Assembly: GCA_023269365.1 (NCBI GenBank)
Contig: JAHFTN010000001.1
Span: 1 to 33,864 of the forward strand
Source: Chlamydiota bacterium
GTDB lineage: Bacteria > Chlamydiota > Chlamydiia > Chlamydiales > Rhabdochlamydiaceae
DNA length: 33,864 bases
Reading direction: 5' to 3'
A model generated the notes under the pieces. The model searched no databases and was not told the DNA's origin. It worked only from the letters and a program-made list of their open reading frames with translations. Numbering within the stretch: position 1 is the first letter of the stretch; every line of letters begins with the position of its first letter. Below are positions 10,695 to 19,403 of the stretch, piece by piece. Position numbers and translations under genes: made by a program.

Positions 10695-11561
10695 ATGATA
10701 CAGAAACGGTTTTTTCGAGAAATTTTTGTGTGCTTAGCCTGTGTTTTGTTGTGTGCTGCGAATGCTTTGACGGCAAGCATTCACTATGTACAACAAGAGT
10801 CGTCTTTGTCTGATGACCCTAAGGAGCTTTACATCGATTTAATGAAAAGGGCTGTTGCAAATACTATTTATGAAGATCCTGCTTACGCCATGCCCAATCC
10901 CAATCAGCTGACTCGGTTTAATTCCATGACAAGAGAGCTCGGTAAGGATCACCCTCTTTATGCCCATACGATGATTGGGATGAAGCGATTAAATAATATC
11001 CAGGCGTGTCTTGTCGATATTTTAAATAACAATGTGCAAGGAGACTGCATTGAAACAGGAGTATGGAGAGGAGGCGCAACCATTTTAATGAGAGCAATTC
11101 TCAAGGCGTATGGGGACACAACCCGTAAGGTGTGGGTTGCGGATTCATTTGCAGGACTTCCTCCTCCCGATGTCGCTCACTACCCTCAAGATAGGGGGAT
11201 CTTTTTGTGCGATGTTCCTTATTTAAGCGTGTCTATGGAAACAGTTCAGGATAATTTCAAAAAATATGGACTTTTAGATAAGCAGGTGGTGTTTTTAAAA
11301 GGGTTTTTTAAGGATACGTTATTGACTGCTCCGGTAGAAAAAATTTCTCTTCTGCGTTTGGATGGGGATTTGTATCAGTCTACTATTGAAGCTTTAACAG
11401 CGCTTTATCCGAAAGTTTCGATAGGAGGGTATATCATCATCGATGATGCTCAAATCCCCGCTTGCATGAGTGCGGTGACCGATTATAGAAAGATGTATGG
11501 AATCGAGGATCCCGCCTTTTGGATAGATCAAGATGGGTTATATTGGCAAAAAACTAAGTGA
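10695..11561 (+). CDS. TylF/MycF/NovP-family O-methyltransferase with signal-peptide-like N-terminus
   Basis: HTMIGMKRL, IETGVWRGG, VWVADSFAGLP, LKGFFKDTL, LRLDGDLYQST, IIIDD. Confidence 0.92.
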   Translation: MIQKRFFREIFVCLACVLLCAANALTASIHYVQQESSLSDDPKELYIDLMKRAVANTIYEDPAYAMPNPNQLTRFNSMTRELGKDHPLYAHTMIGMKRLNNIQACLVDILNNNVQGDCIETGVWRGGATILMRAILKAYGDTTRKVWVADSFAGLPPPDVAHYPQDRGIFLCDVPYLSVSMETVQDNFKKYGLLDKQVVFLKGFFKDTLLTAPVEKISLLRLDGDLYQSTIEALTALYPKVSIGGYIIIDDAQIPACMSAVTDYRKMYGIEDPAFWIDQDGLYWQKTK

Positions 11562-11565
11562 GGCT

Positions 11566-12576
11566 ATGACTCAAATGTTTTTAAGATTTTACTGGGTTGT
11601 TGCCATTTTTTTTATTCCCTTTTTAGATGCAAAAGTGTTAATTGTTACTCACAGCTACAATCAACCTGAATTCATTGAATGGCAGGTGGCGTCCTTTAAA
11701 AAGTTTTTAAAAGATGATTATGAATATGTGGTTTTTAACGACGCCTCCGATGAAAAGCTAAAAAATAAGATCGAAGAGACTTGTGCGCAACTGCAGGTGC
11801 CCTGTTACAGAATCCCTCAAGAACTTCATGGAGAGTTACCCCTTTCTGCGTGTAGCGAGAGGCATTGCGATGGGATACAATACTCTTTAGATCATAGTGG
11901 GTTTGATCATAAGGGGATTGTTGCGATTATCGATTCAGATATGTTTCTCATAAAGCCTTTTAGCATTGAGAACTATCTCCATGGATATGAGATTGCTGGG
12001 CCCTGTTTGTGGGGATCTTATATAAGTTGGATTCACAAGAAAGAAGCAGAATACATCGGGTATCTGTGGCCCATCATTGCATTTATAAATATGGAAACGT
12101 TGCCAAATAAAAATTCCCTTCATTTTCAGAATGGGGTCATTGATGGGTTTTCGCTAGATACAGGGGCTTTTTCTTATTACTTTTTCAAGGAAAATCCAGA
12201 GGTGAATGTGCGGATGATGAGAAAGCAATTTGAAATCAATAGGACGGGGTATCGATATCCTTTTATTTTCAATTTAAATGAGGTCCCTGAGTTCCCTAAG
12301 GACACCGTTTTATGCAAGAGCATCTTGAGAAAACAGCCTTTAAAAGATTGGGGAGCTTTTTATGTGAATAAAGAGATGTTGCCCTATTATGTAGAGCATG
12401 AGCATCGCGATAGCGCTCTTCGCTTAATTGTATCTGGATGTGAGGATATCCAGTTTTTTGAGAATTTTACATTTTTACATTATGGAAGGGGTTCTTTGTA
12501 TTACGGCAGTGAATCTTGTCATTCCCATAAAGCAGAGAGAATCAAACAATTTCTAGAAGAAATAGGAGTTCTATAA
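11566..12576 (+). CDS. Putative GT-A-fold glycosyltransferase-like protein with signal peptide
   Basis: GAGG upstream of ATG 11566; MFLRFYWVVAIFFIPFLDA|K leader; YVVFNDA and IIDSDMF (DxD) motifs. Confidence 0.6.
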   Translation: MTQMFLRFYWVVAIFFIPFLDAKVLIVTHSYNQPEFIEWQVASFKKFLKDDYEYVVFNDASDEKLKNKIEETCAQLQVPCYRIPQELHGELPLSACSERHCDGIQYSLDHSGFDHKGIVAIIDSDMFLIKPFSIENYLHGYEIAGPCLWGSYISWIHKKEAEYIGYLWPIIAFINMETLPNKNSLHFQNGVIDGFSLDTGAFSYYFFKENPEVNVRMMRKQFEINRTGYRYPFIFNLNEVPEFPKDTVLCKSILRKQPLKDWGAFYVNKEMLPYYVEHEHRDSALRLIVSGCEDIQFFENFTFLHYGRGSLYYGSESCHSHKAERIKQFLEEIGVL

Positions 12577-13320
12577 ATTAGAAAACGGGTTAGAGGCCTG
12601 GTTGAAGTTGGCGCCGACTTTGCGTTTTTTGAGTTCGGTTTTCAAGGAGAACATCAGGTCTTGGTCGAAATTTTGGTTGACAGCCCAGCGGAGATATTCG
12701 ATGGGGATTTCAGAAAAGGATCTCGATTTGTGTTTTCCCAGGGGCATCGTCTTGAGTTGGATCGGGCTCTTGAGGCGGTTGACGAGTTGTTCTGTAGTTT
12801 TAAATTGCTTGGAGAGATATTTGAACACTTCGATATTGACAACCACATCGTTCATTGCTCGGTGCGCCCCCTCTTCTGAGATGTTGAAATGTTGGCGCAG
12901 CCTTTCTAAAGAGTTTGTGGGGCTCTCTCCGTAGAGCCTTGCCATGCGCAGGGTGTCAATGTAGGGGTGTGAAGCGAGTTTGCAGGGGATGTTGTGTTGT
13001 TTAGCAGCAGAGCAGATGAAGGCGATGTCGTGCGTGATGCCGTGGCCGACGATGATCTCTTTGCCGACAAAGGAGAGAATTTGGGGAATGATCTCTTGAA
13101 TTTTGGGTTTACCAGCAACCATGGCATTGGTGATGTGGTGGATGGCCATGGATTCTTCCGGGATGGGCATGAGGGGGTCGATCAGCGTTTCAAAAGAATC
13201 GATAGGCCCATCAAATGTAAAACGGACAGCGGCAATTTCGATGATTTGATCACTCGAGGTTTCTAATCCCGTGGTCTCGCAGTCTAAGCAGATGAAGGTG
13301 TCTTGATTAATGAGGCCCAT
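12571..13320 (-). CDS. dnaQ: DEDDh 3'-5' exonuclease, DnaQ-like, with C-terminal MPxGKH domain
   Basis: LDCETTG, VGHGITHD, IDTL, HRAMND; C-terminal MPLGKHK...IPIEYLRW. Start ATG 13320 overlaps the engB end. Confidence 0.85.
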   Translation of the reverse strand: MGLINQDTFICLDCETTGLETSSDQIIEIAAVRFTFDGPIDSFETLIDPLMPIPEESMAIHHITNAMVAGKPKIQEIIPQILSFVGKEIIVGHGITHDIAFICSAAKQHNIPCKLASHPYIDTLRMARLYGESPTNSLERLRQHFNISEEGAHRAMNDVVVNIEVFKYLSKQFKTTEQLVNRLKSPIQLKTMPLGKHKSRSFSEIPIEYLRWAVNQNFDQDLMFSLKTELKKRKVGANFNQASNPFSNL

Positions 13321-13912
13321 GTTCTTGTAATCGTGTGTTGATGGTTTCGATGAGCCGTATTCTAGCCTTTGGGTCTTTAATAGAGTAATAAAGAAATGAG
13401 CCAAAGGAAAAATGTTTGGCGTGTTTCTGGAGCTCTCCTGCGGAGAGCTTATCAGATTTTGTGCAGATAAGTAGAAGAGACTTATTATGAAAAGAAGCCC
13501 ACTGGATGAGATTTAAATCCTCTTCTGTAAGCTCTCTTCTAGAATCGATGAGAAGAAGGATCAGACGCAGATGTTGGCTATGCTCGAGGTAACTTTCGAT
13601 GAGGGGTGCCCATTTTTTCTTGATCTCTTTGGATACTTTTGCGTATCCATAGCCGGGCAGATCTACAAGAGCGACTTGCCCATCAATGGTGAAGAAATTA
13701 ATTGATTGTGTTTTTCCAGGAGTGGATGAAGTCTTTGCTAACGATCTGCGGTTCAAAAGGTGATTGATGAGGGAAGACTTTCCCACATTCGATCGTCCTA
13801 CAAGGGCAATTTCTGGCAGTCGCTTGCCCTCGATATCCACGAGGGTGGGTAGGCTCTTTAGATCAAAGACAGCTGCGATAAACGCTGCCTGGTTAAAGGG
13901 GATTTTTTTCAT
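13307..13912 (-). CDS. engB: Ribosome biogenesis GTPase YihA/YsxC
   Basis: GRSNVGKSS, TSSTPGKT, DLPGYGYA, TKSDK. Confidence 0.96.
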   Translation of the reverse strand: MKKIPFNQAAFIAAVFDLKSLPTLVDIEGKRLPEIALVGRSNVGKSSLINHLLNRRSLAKTSSTPGKTQSINFFTIDGQVALVDLPGYGYAKVSKEIKKKWAPLIESYLEHSQHLRLILLLIDSRRELTEEDLNLIQWASFHNKSLLLICTKSDKLSAGELQKHAKHFSFGSFLYYSIKDPKARIRLIETINTRLQEHGPH

Positions 13913-14340
13913 GATAGAGGGGGGTATAAGATTTCAATCTGCCTTGACCCTTCTCCTGTGTAAGACAATGTTACGCGGTGGGCATGGGAAGGAAGGAGGG
14001 CGCCAAGCTTCTCTGCCCATTCAATACAGCAAATGCCTTGCAGGTGAAGGTATTCATCAAATCCCGCTTTAAAAAATTCTTCCTTTGAAGGGAGGCGGTA
14101 TAGGTCGAAGTGGTAGAGGGCAGGGGCTCCATCGTAGATATTTAAAAAGGTAAATGTGGGGCTGCACACTCTGTGAACATCTGCAACCTGGCATCCTTCT
14201 GCGATCCCCCGAATCAATGTCGTTTTCCCTGCCCCAAGATCTCCAAATAAAGCGACAACGGCTCCCGCTTTTAGCTTTTTAGCAAGCACCTTTCCTAGCA
14301 GGTGGGTCTCTTCAGGGGAAGAAGTGGCATACATGGTCAC
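13909..14340 (-). CDS. tsaE: tRNA threonylcarbamoyladenosine biosynthesis ATPase
   Basis: GDLGAGKT, SPTF, HFDLYRL, IEWA. Start is GTG 14340 (GTGA overlap with upstream stop) or ATG 14334. Confidence 0.95.
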   Translation of the reverse strand: MTMYATSSPEETHLLGKVLAKKLKAGAVVALFGDLGAGKTTLIRGIAEGCQVADVHRVCSPTFTFLNIYDGAPALYHFDLYRLPSKEEFFKAGFDEYLHLQGICCIEWAEKLGALLPSHAHRVTLSYTGEGSRQIEILYPPLS

Positions 14341-15092
14341 TCTTCTGACTCGTCGTCTTCTTGTTCTTCTTTGTCTTCGACAAGCCACTGTTCGATGTAG
14401 GGGGAAAATTCTTCATGCCCGGAAAGAGATTCTACAAAGGCATTAATTTTGCTCTCTTCTAGTTGTTTTTGAATGAAAGCTAGGAAGTGTTCCTCGATTT
14501 GAAAACGGTTCTGGCTAGGGACCTCCTCCAAGGGAAGGGGTTTGAGTTGGTTTTTACTAAAGTCATCTAGGACAGCTTGCTTGCTATTAAATAATTTACC
14601 CGTCACAGCAGAGGAGTAGACGATCTTGGTAATAGGCTCTTTTCTTTTGATGATGTAGTTCTTAATTACTTCAGGATCTTCAGATACAAAAAAGCGTTTC
14701 GCTTTCAGACCGCCAATCCGCTCTTTATTTTCTGGGCATTTAGACACCCAGTCGTAAATGGCGTCTTGGGGATTGGGGTGGGTATTGTCCCCGAAGACCT
14801 TCCCTGTAAAAGGACAGATATAAACTTTTTTTGTATTCTCGTTAACGCTCTGCTGTCCATATTGAATTTTAATTTCAGTCTCGCGCCAGAGCTTCCCCTC
14901 TTCTTCTAATTTTTTGACAAGGTTTCCCTCGCTTTGAAAAATAGTTTTGTCGCGGATGAAAAGCACAGGAGAAATTTGAAATTTCTTTTCCAAAAAGAAA
15001 AGATAGGCAGTGATGAGGTCTGCTTTTTTGGTTTTTTTTAAGAACTTAAGCAGCTCATCTTTAAGTGGTTCTGAAATTGCGGTCGCGCTCAT
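14337..15092 (-). CDS. Chlamydial conserved protein (DUF2709/CT538-like)
   Basis: YICPFTGKVFGDNTHPNPQDAIYDWVSKCPEN block and position upstream of tsaE-dnaQ as in chlamydiae; acidic tail. Family name from recall. Confidence 0.75.
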   Translation of the reverse strand: MSATAISEPLKDELLKFLKKTKKADLITAYLFFLEKKFQISPVLFIRDKTIFQSEGNLVKKLEEEGKLWRETEIKIQYGQQSVNENTKKVYICPFTGKVFGDNTHPNPQDAIYDWVSKCPENKERIGGLKAKRFFVSEDPEVIKNYIIKRKEPITKIVYSSAVTGKLFNSKQAVLDDFSKNQLKPLPLEEVPSQNRFQIEEHFLAFIQKQLEESKINAFVESLSGHEEFSPYIEQWLVEDKEEQEDDESEE

Positions 15093-15318
15093 CTTTTCCC
15101 CTTAAAATGTAAAAGTGTTTTTGTCCCTAGGATGAGGGGTATTTTAAATGAGCATTAGGGTAGCCCACGCTGGGCATTATATTCAAGAGGGAACTCGCAA
15201 AAGTCAAAAAGTGCCCTTATTGACCCGCAAAGCGAGCTTCAAACAAAAAGTTAAGGGTTGATTTAGTTATTTGAAAAATGGTACCATCTATCATTATTTT
15301 TTAACTCAAGAGGCGAAT

Positions 15319-16437
15319 ATGGTGCTAGTTTTAGAAGAGACGCTAGAATTAGAAGAGATCTTTGTTTCTGGCTATGAAAAGGTGGTGAAGGTTTCGAATA
15401 AAAAGGCGGGATTAAAAGCGATTATTTGTATCCATAGCTTAGCTATGGGGCCGGCTCTTGGGGGAGTTAGGATCCACCCCTACGCGACGTTTGAAGAGGC
15501 CCTTAACGATGTGAAACGTCTCTCTAAAGGGATGACCTATAAATCGGCCGTTTCAGAGTCGGGGTGGGGAGGAGGCAAGAGCGTCATCATCGCCGATCCA
15601 AAAAAAGAAAAGACTCCAGAGTTACTTAGGGCATTTGGGATGGCGGTAGAGCGGCTTCAAGGGGAATACATCGGAGCAGAAGATGTGGGATGTACTCCTG
15701 CCGATGTGTTGATGATGAGTCAAGAGACTCCCTATATGGTTGGGTTGCCTTGTCAAAAAAGCAGTGGAAATCCTTCTCCATTTACAGCTTGGGGAACTTA
15801 TCGAGGAATTCAGGCTTCTCTTAAAAAAATGTCTGGATCAGATTCTTTAGAAAATAAAACGGTTGCGATCCAGGGGTTAGGCAGTGTGGGCTATGAACTA
15901 GCAACGATGCTTTTTTGGGGTGGAGCCCGCTTAATTGTATCGGATATCGACAGTGAAAAATGCCGCTCTATTGAAGCGAGTACTGGCGCCAAGATCGTCT
16001 CTAAAGAGGAGATCTTATTCGTAGAGTGTGATGTGTTAGCGCCGTGTGCTATGGGAGGCATCATTAATCCCCAAACGATCCCTCGCCTTCGCTGTAAAGC
16101 TATTGCGGGCTGCGCAAACAACCAGCTTCTCTCTGACTTAGATGCAGAGAGTTTGATGGTAAGAGGGATTTTATATGCTCCTGATTTTGTCATCAATGCA
16201 GGGGGATTAATCAACGTCACACAAGAGCTGTCCTCGCAGGGATACCACCCTAAAGTGGCAAGAGATAAGGTCAACGTTATTTATGATCAACTCATGGTTA
16301 TTTTTGATATCGCCCAGCAGAACCATTCCTCGACACATCAAGCAGCGATCTCTTTGGGAGACTACCGTTTGAAGTACCGGATTGGAAAGCGCATAGAGCC
16401 TCCTTGTTTTCATCATGCTCGCTCTAAACGTAAGTAA
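15319..16437 (+). CDS. ldh: Leucine dehydrogenase (Glu/Leu/Phe/Val dehydrogenase family)
   Basis: GPALGG, GMTYK, GGGKSVI, AEDVG, QGLGSVG, PCAMGG, GCANNQL, PDFVINAGG; GAGG upstream of ATG 15319. Confidence 0.93.
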   Translation: MVLVLEETLELEEIFVSGYEKVVKVSNKKAGLKAIICIHSLAMGPALGGVRIHPYATFEEALNDVKRLSKGMTYKSAVSESGWGGGKSVIIADPKKEKTPELLRAFGMAVERLQGEYIGAEDVGCTPADVLMMSQETPYMVGLPCQKSSGNPSPFTAWGTYRGIQASLKKMSGSDSLENKTVAIQGLGSVGYELATMLFWGGARLIVSDIDSEKCRSIEASTGAKIVSKEEILFVECDVLAPCAMGGIINPQTIPRLRCKAIAGCANNQLLSDLDAESLMVRGILYAPDFVINAGGLINVTQELSSQGYHPKVARDKVNVIYDQLMVIFDIAQQNHSSTHQAAISLGDYRLKYRIGKRIEPPCFHHARSKRK

Positions 16438-16439
16438 AT

Positions 16440-18182
16440 ATGAAATCGATCCTCTCTCAGCTGCAGCAGCAAGTAGAAAAGGCGATTGCCCTAGCCTACG
16501 GCTCTTCGAGTCTATCTCTCCCAGAAATTACACAAAGTACGCAGGCCCACTTTGGGCATTACCAGTGTAATAATGCCTTGAAAATTGCTAAAGAATTGCG
16601 TCTTTCTCCTCGCGATGTGGCAGCAAATCTCATTGCTCATTGGGAAAGGCCGATAGAGATGATTGCCTCTTTGGAGGTGGCGGGACCCGGATTTATTAAC
16701 ATCTCCTTGACCCCTTCTTTTTTGGCGCGCCGTGTAGAGGGGATTTTGCAAGATGTGCGTTTGGGCGTGGAGTTGCCCTTAAAAAAAGAAAAGGTGATCG
16801 TCGAATTTTCTTCTCCTAATATTGCAAAAGAGCTGCATGTCGGGCATCTGCGCTCTACAATTATTGGCGATGCATTGGCTCGGTTGTTCGAGTTCTTAGG
16901 GTATGATGTATTGAGATTGAACCACATTGGAGATTGGGGAACCCAATTTGGGATGTTGATTGTCTACATGCAAGAGGTGGCCCCTGCGGTATTAGAGGGA
17001 AAAGAAGAGACTGATCTTATCACGCTCATGAAATGGTACCAGGCGTCGAAGAAGCGGTTTGATGAGGATGAGGGATTCAAAAAACGCTCTCAGCTCCAAG
17101 TGGTAAAGCTCCAAAGTACAGACGTCGCATCCCTAAATGCATGGCGCATCATTTGCAAGATCTCTAGTAAGGCTTTTCAAGAAATCTATACCTTGCTCGA
17201 TGTCAAGCTCGAAGAGCGAGGGGAGTCGTTTTACAATGCAGATCTTCCCGTTGTCATTAAAGAGCTAGAGGAAAAAAAGTTACTCTCCATTTCCGACGGA
17301 GCGAAATGTCTCTTTCTAGAGGGTTTTGTGGGAAGAGAGGGGACCGCTTTACCGATGATCGTACAAAAATCTGATGGGGGATACAACTACGACACGACAG
17401 ACCTTGCAGCAATTAGACACCGTATTCGCACTGAAAAGGCAGAGAGAATCATCTACGTGACAGATGCGGGGCAGAGTCTGCATTTTGCAATGCTATTCAA
17501 AGCAGCAGAATTAGCTGGCTACCTTGACCCTAAAAAGACCCGGGTAGATCATGTGCCGTTTGGCGTTGTATTAGGTCCTGATGGAAAAAAATTCAAGACT
17601 AGATCTGGTCAGACGGAAAAACTTCTCGATCTTCTCCTAGAGGCAGTGGCGCAATCGAAAAAAATCATGCAAGAAAGGCTGCCTGAATTGTCTGAAGCAG
17701 AGTTAGTCCAAGCGGCGACGATATTGGGGATCGATGCGGTGAAATATGCGGACTTGAGTTGCCATCGGATTAAAGATTACTCATTTAGCTATGAGAGGAT
17801 GTTAAAATTTGAGGGCAATACAGCGGCGTTCCTTCTCTATGCTTACGTGCGTATTCAAGGGATTAAGAGGAAAGTGGGTAAAGACCCTTCCTCTTCATTA
17901 GGAAAAATACCTATTCATCTAGAACACCCCTCTGAAATTGCCTTGGCCCTTCATCTCTGTCAATTCCCAGAATATCTAGAGGCGATGTCAAAAGAACTTT
18001 TACCCAATCGCCTCTGTGATTACCTCTATGAGCTTGCAGAGAAGTTTCATGCTTTTTTCCGCGATTGTAGAGTGGAAGGAGCTGCTGAGGAAGCAAGTCG
18101 TCTTCTTTTGTGTGAAGCGACATCTCGTATCCTTGCTCAGGGATTGAAGATTTTGGGGCTTAAAACACTTGAGAAAATGTAA
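16440..18182 (+). CDS. argS: Arginine--tRNA ligase
   Basis: EFSSPNIAKELHVGHLRS, NHIGDWGTQFG, KFKTRSG, C-terminal DALR-type domain ending EKM. Confidence 0.98.
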   Translation: MKSILSQLQQQVEKAIALAYGSSSLSLPEITQSTQAHFGHYQCNNALKIAKELRLSPRDVAANLIAHWERPIEMIASLEVAGPGFINISLTPSFLARRVEGILQDVRLGVELPLKKEKVIVEFSSPNIAKELHVGHLRSTIIGDALARLFEFLGYDVLRLNHIGDWGTQFGMLIVYMQEVAPAVLEGKEETDLITLMKWYQASKKRFDEDEGFKKRSQLQVVKLQSTDVASLNAWRIICKISSKAFQEIYTLLDVKLEERGESFYNADLPVVIKELEEKKLLSISDGAKCLFLEGFVGREGTALPMIVQKSDGGYNYDTTDLAAIRHRIRTEKAERIIYVTDAGQSLHFAMLFKAAELAGYLDPKKTRVDHVPFGVVLGPDGKKFKTRSGQTEKLLDLLLEAVAQSKKIMQERLPELSEAELVQAATILGIDAVKYADLSCHRIKDYSFSYERMLKFEGNTAAFLLYAYVRIQGIKRKVGKDPSSSLGKIPIHLEHPSEIALALHLCQFPEYLEAMSKELLPNRLCDYLYELAEKFHAFFRDCRVEGAAEEASRLLLCEATSRILAQGLKILGLKTLEKM

Positions 18183-19140
18183 TCATACTCTTGTGGGGTT
18201 GATGGGCTTCTTCTTTGACATATTTAGGAACGGCGTATCCCGGCAACCGTTTCTGAAGTTCCCGCATTAGCTTTTTCCCCTCTTCTTCAGAGACTTCAAA
18301 GTGAGCCGCCCCCTGGACCCGATCGAGTTGATGCAGATAGTAGGGAAGGATGCCATGGTCGATGAGTGTTTCAAATAGGGCTTGTAGGGCTTCTACGGTG
18401 TCATTTACTCCCTTGAGGAGCACAGATTGAGATAACACAGGGACCCCTAGTTTTTGGATCTGTTTGAGCCTTTCAAAGATCTCTGCATCCAATTCATTCG
18501 CGTGGTTTGTGTGGAGGACAAATAGGATTTGCTTTTTGCAAGACGAGAGCAATTTTAGAAAAGAGGGATCGATTCTTTCAGGGATGCCTATAGGAAAACG
18601 GGTGTGAAAGCGGATCCGTTTGACATGGGGGATGTCCCCTAGGGCTGCTAACAAGTTCTCCAACTGGGTATCTCCAAGAGATAGGGGATCTCCCCCGCTA
18701 AGAAGAATTTCAGATAGAGAGGTGTCTTTTTCAATTTCTTTCAACTCTTCTTCAAACTGCCTCTTTGAGGTCTCATAGTCGTAATGTCTGCGAAAGCAGT
18801 ATCTACAATGCATCGCACAAGCACTTGTGCAGAGAAGTAAGGCTCTACCTAAATATTTATGTAGTAATTTAGGCGTTTTTTGAAATTGGGTATCCGCTAC
18901 GGGATCAAGGACAAATAAGGGGGAGTGTTTTCCCTCTTCAAGAGAGGGGAGGAATTGGAGTAAAACGGGGTCTTCCCAACTCTTTTTTTTGATTTTGCTC
19001 GCGAGGCGAAAGGGAAGGTTAAGGGGGAATGGAGACGACACTTTAGCTGTTTGTGTATTTAGCTCCAAGAATGAGAGGAGGGTTTGCCAATCGGTAAAAT
19101 TGTGACGCTGCAGTTGTCTCCATAAGGCAGTAGAGGGCAT
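18160..19140 (-). CDS. epmB: KamA-family radical SAM protein, EF-P beta-lysylation lysine 2,3-aminomutase
   Basis: LLHKY, CAMHCRYCFRR, LSGGDPL, RFHTR, QSVLLKGVND, PYYLHQLDRVQGAAHF; short 326-aa EpmB-type length. Confidence 0.85.
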   Translation of the reverse strand: MPSTALWRQLQRHNFTDWQTLLSFLELNTQTAKVSSPFPLNLPFRLASKIKKKSWEDPVLLQFLPSLEEGKHSPLFVLDPVADTQFQKTPKLLHKYLGRALLLCTSACAMHCRYCFRRHYDYETSKRQFEEELKEIEKDTSLSEILLSGGDPLSLGDTQLENLLAALGDIPHVKRIRFHTRFPIGIPERIDPSFLKLLSSCKKQILFVLHTNHANELDAEIFERLKQIQKLGVPVLSQSVLLKGVNDTVEALQALFETLIDHGILPYYLHQLDRVQGAAHFEVSEEEGKKLMRELQKRLPGYAVPKYVKEEAHQPHKSMITFSQVF

Positions 19141-19168
19141 GAAAGGATCCTTTTTAAATTCCTCTTAT

Positions 19169-19235
19169 ACTGGAGTTTAGCCATTGGTGGAGGTAATTTC
19201 GCATCTACAGCCTCCATCAATGGCTAAACTCCAGT
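19169..19235. repeat. Palindromic element copy 1 (25-bp stem, 17-nt loop)
   Basis: actggagtttagccattggtggagg / cctccatcaatggctaaactccagt with one G-T pair; loop taatttcgcatctacag. Confidence 0.92.
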
Positions 19236-19318
19236 TATAAAGGAGGAAAAGAAGTTTATATTTTTTTTGTCCCATTTTCAATGGATTTATTTGGGAGGAT
19301 AGGATAAAACTTTCTTTC

Positions 19319-19387
19319 AATTGGACTTTAACCATTGGTGGAGATAATTTCGCATCTACAGCCTCCACCAATGGCTAAAGCCCAGTT
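19319..19387. repeat. Palindromic element copy 2 (direct repeat of copy 1, offset 151 bp)
   Basis: aattggactttaaccattggtggaga-taatttcgcatctacag-cctccaccaatggctaaagcccagtt; loop identical to copy 1. Confidence 0.92.
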
Positions 19388-19403
19388 CAAGTGAGGAGTT
19401 TTT

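Noticed and set aside
13321-13404. N-terminal extension of the dnaQ-like ORF
   Set aside because: Lies within engB; the exonuclease domain begins right after ATG 13320.
14341-14388. Arg-rich N-terminus of tsaE (MACRRQRRTRRRR)
   Set aside because: Alternate-frame reading of the upstream gene's acidic tail.
15191-15240. Imperfect inverted repeat in the DUF2709-like/ldh divergent spacer
   Set aside because: Short interrupted stems, explainable as back-to-back TTGAC -35 boxes; insufficient for an RNA call.
19177-19371. 64-aa minus-strand ORF
   Set aside because: Lies entirely over the duplicated hairpins; no protein features.
19169-19387. Mini CRISPR array or integron attC sites
   Set aside because: Repeats of ~67 bp and a spacer of ~83 bp are too long for CRISPR, there are only two units, no cas or integrase gene is present, and attC RYYYAAC/GTTRRRY ends are absent.
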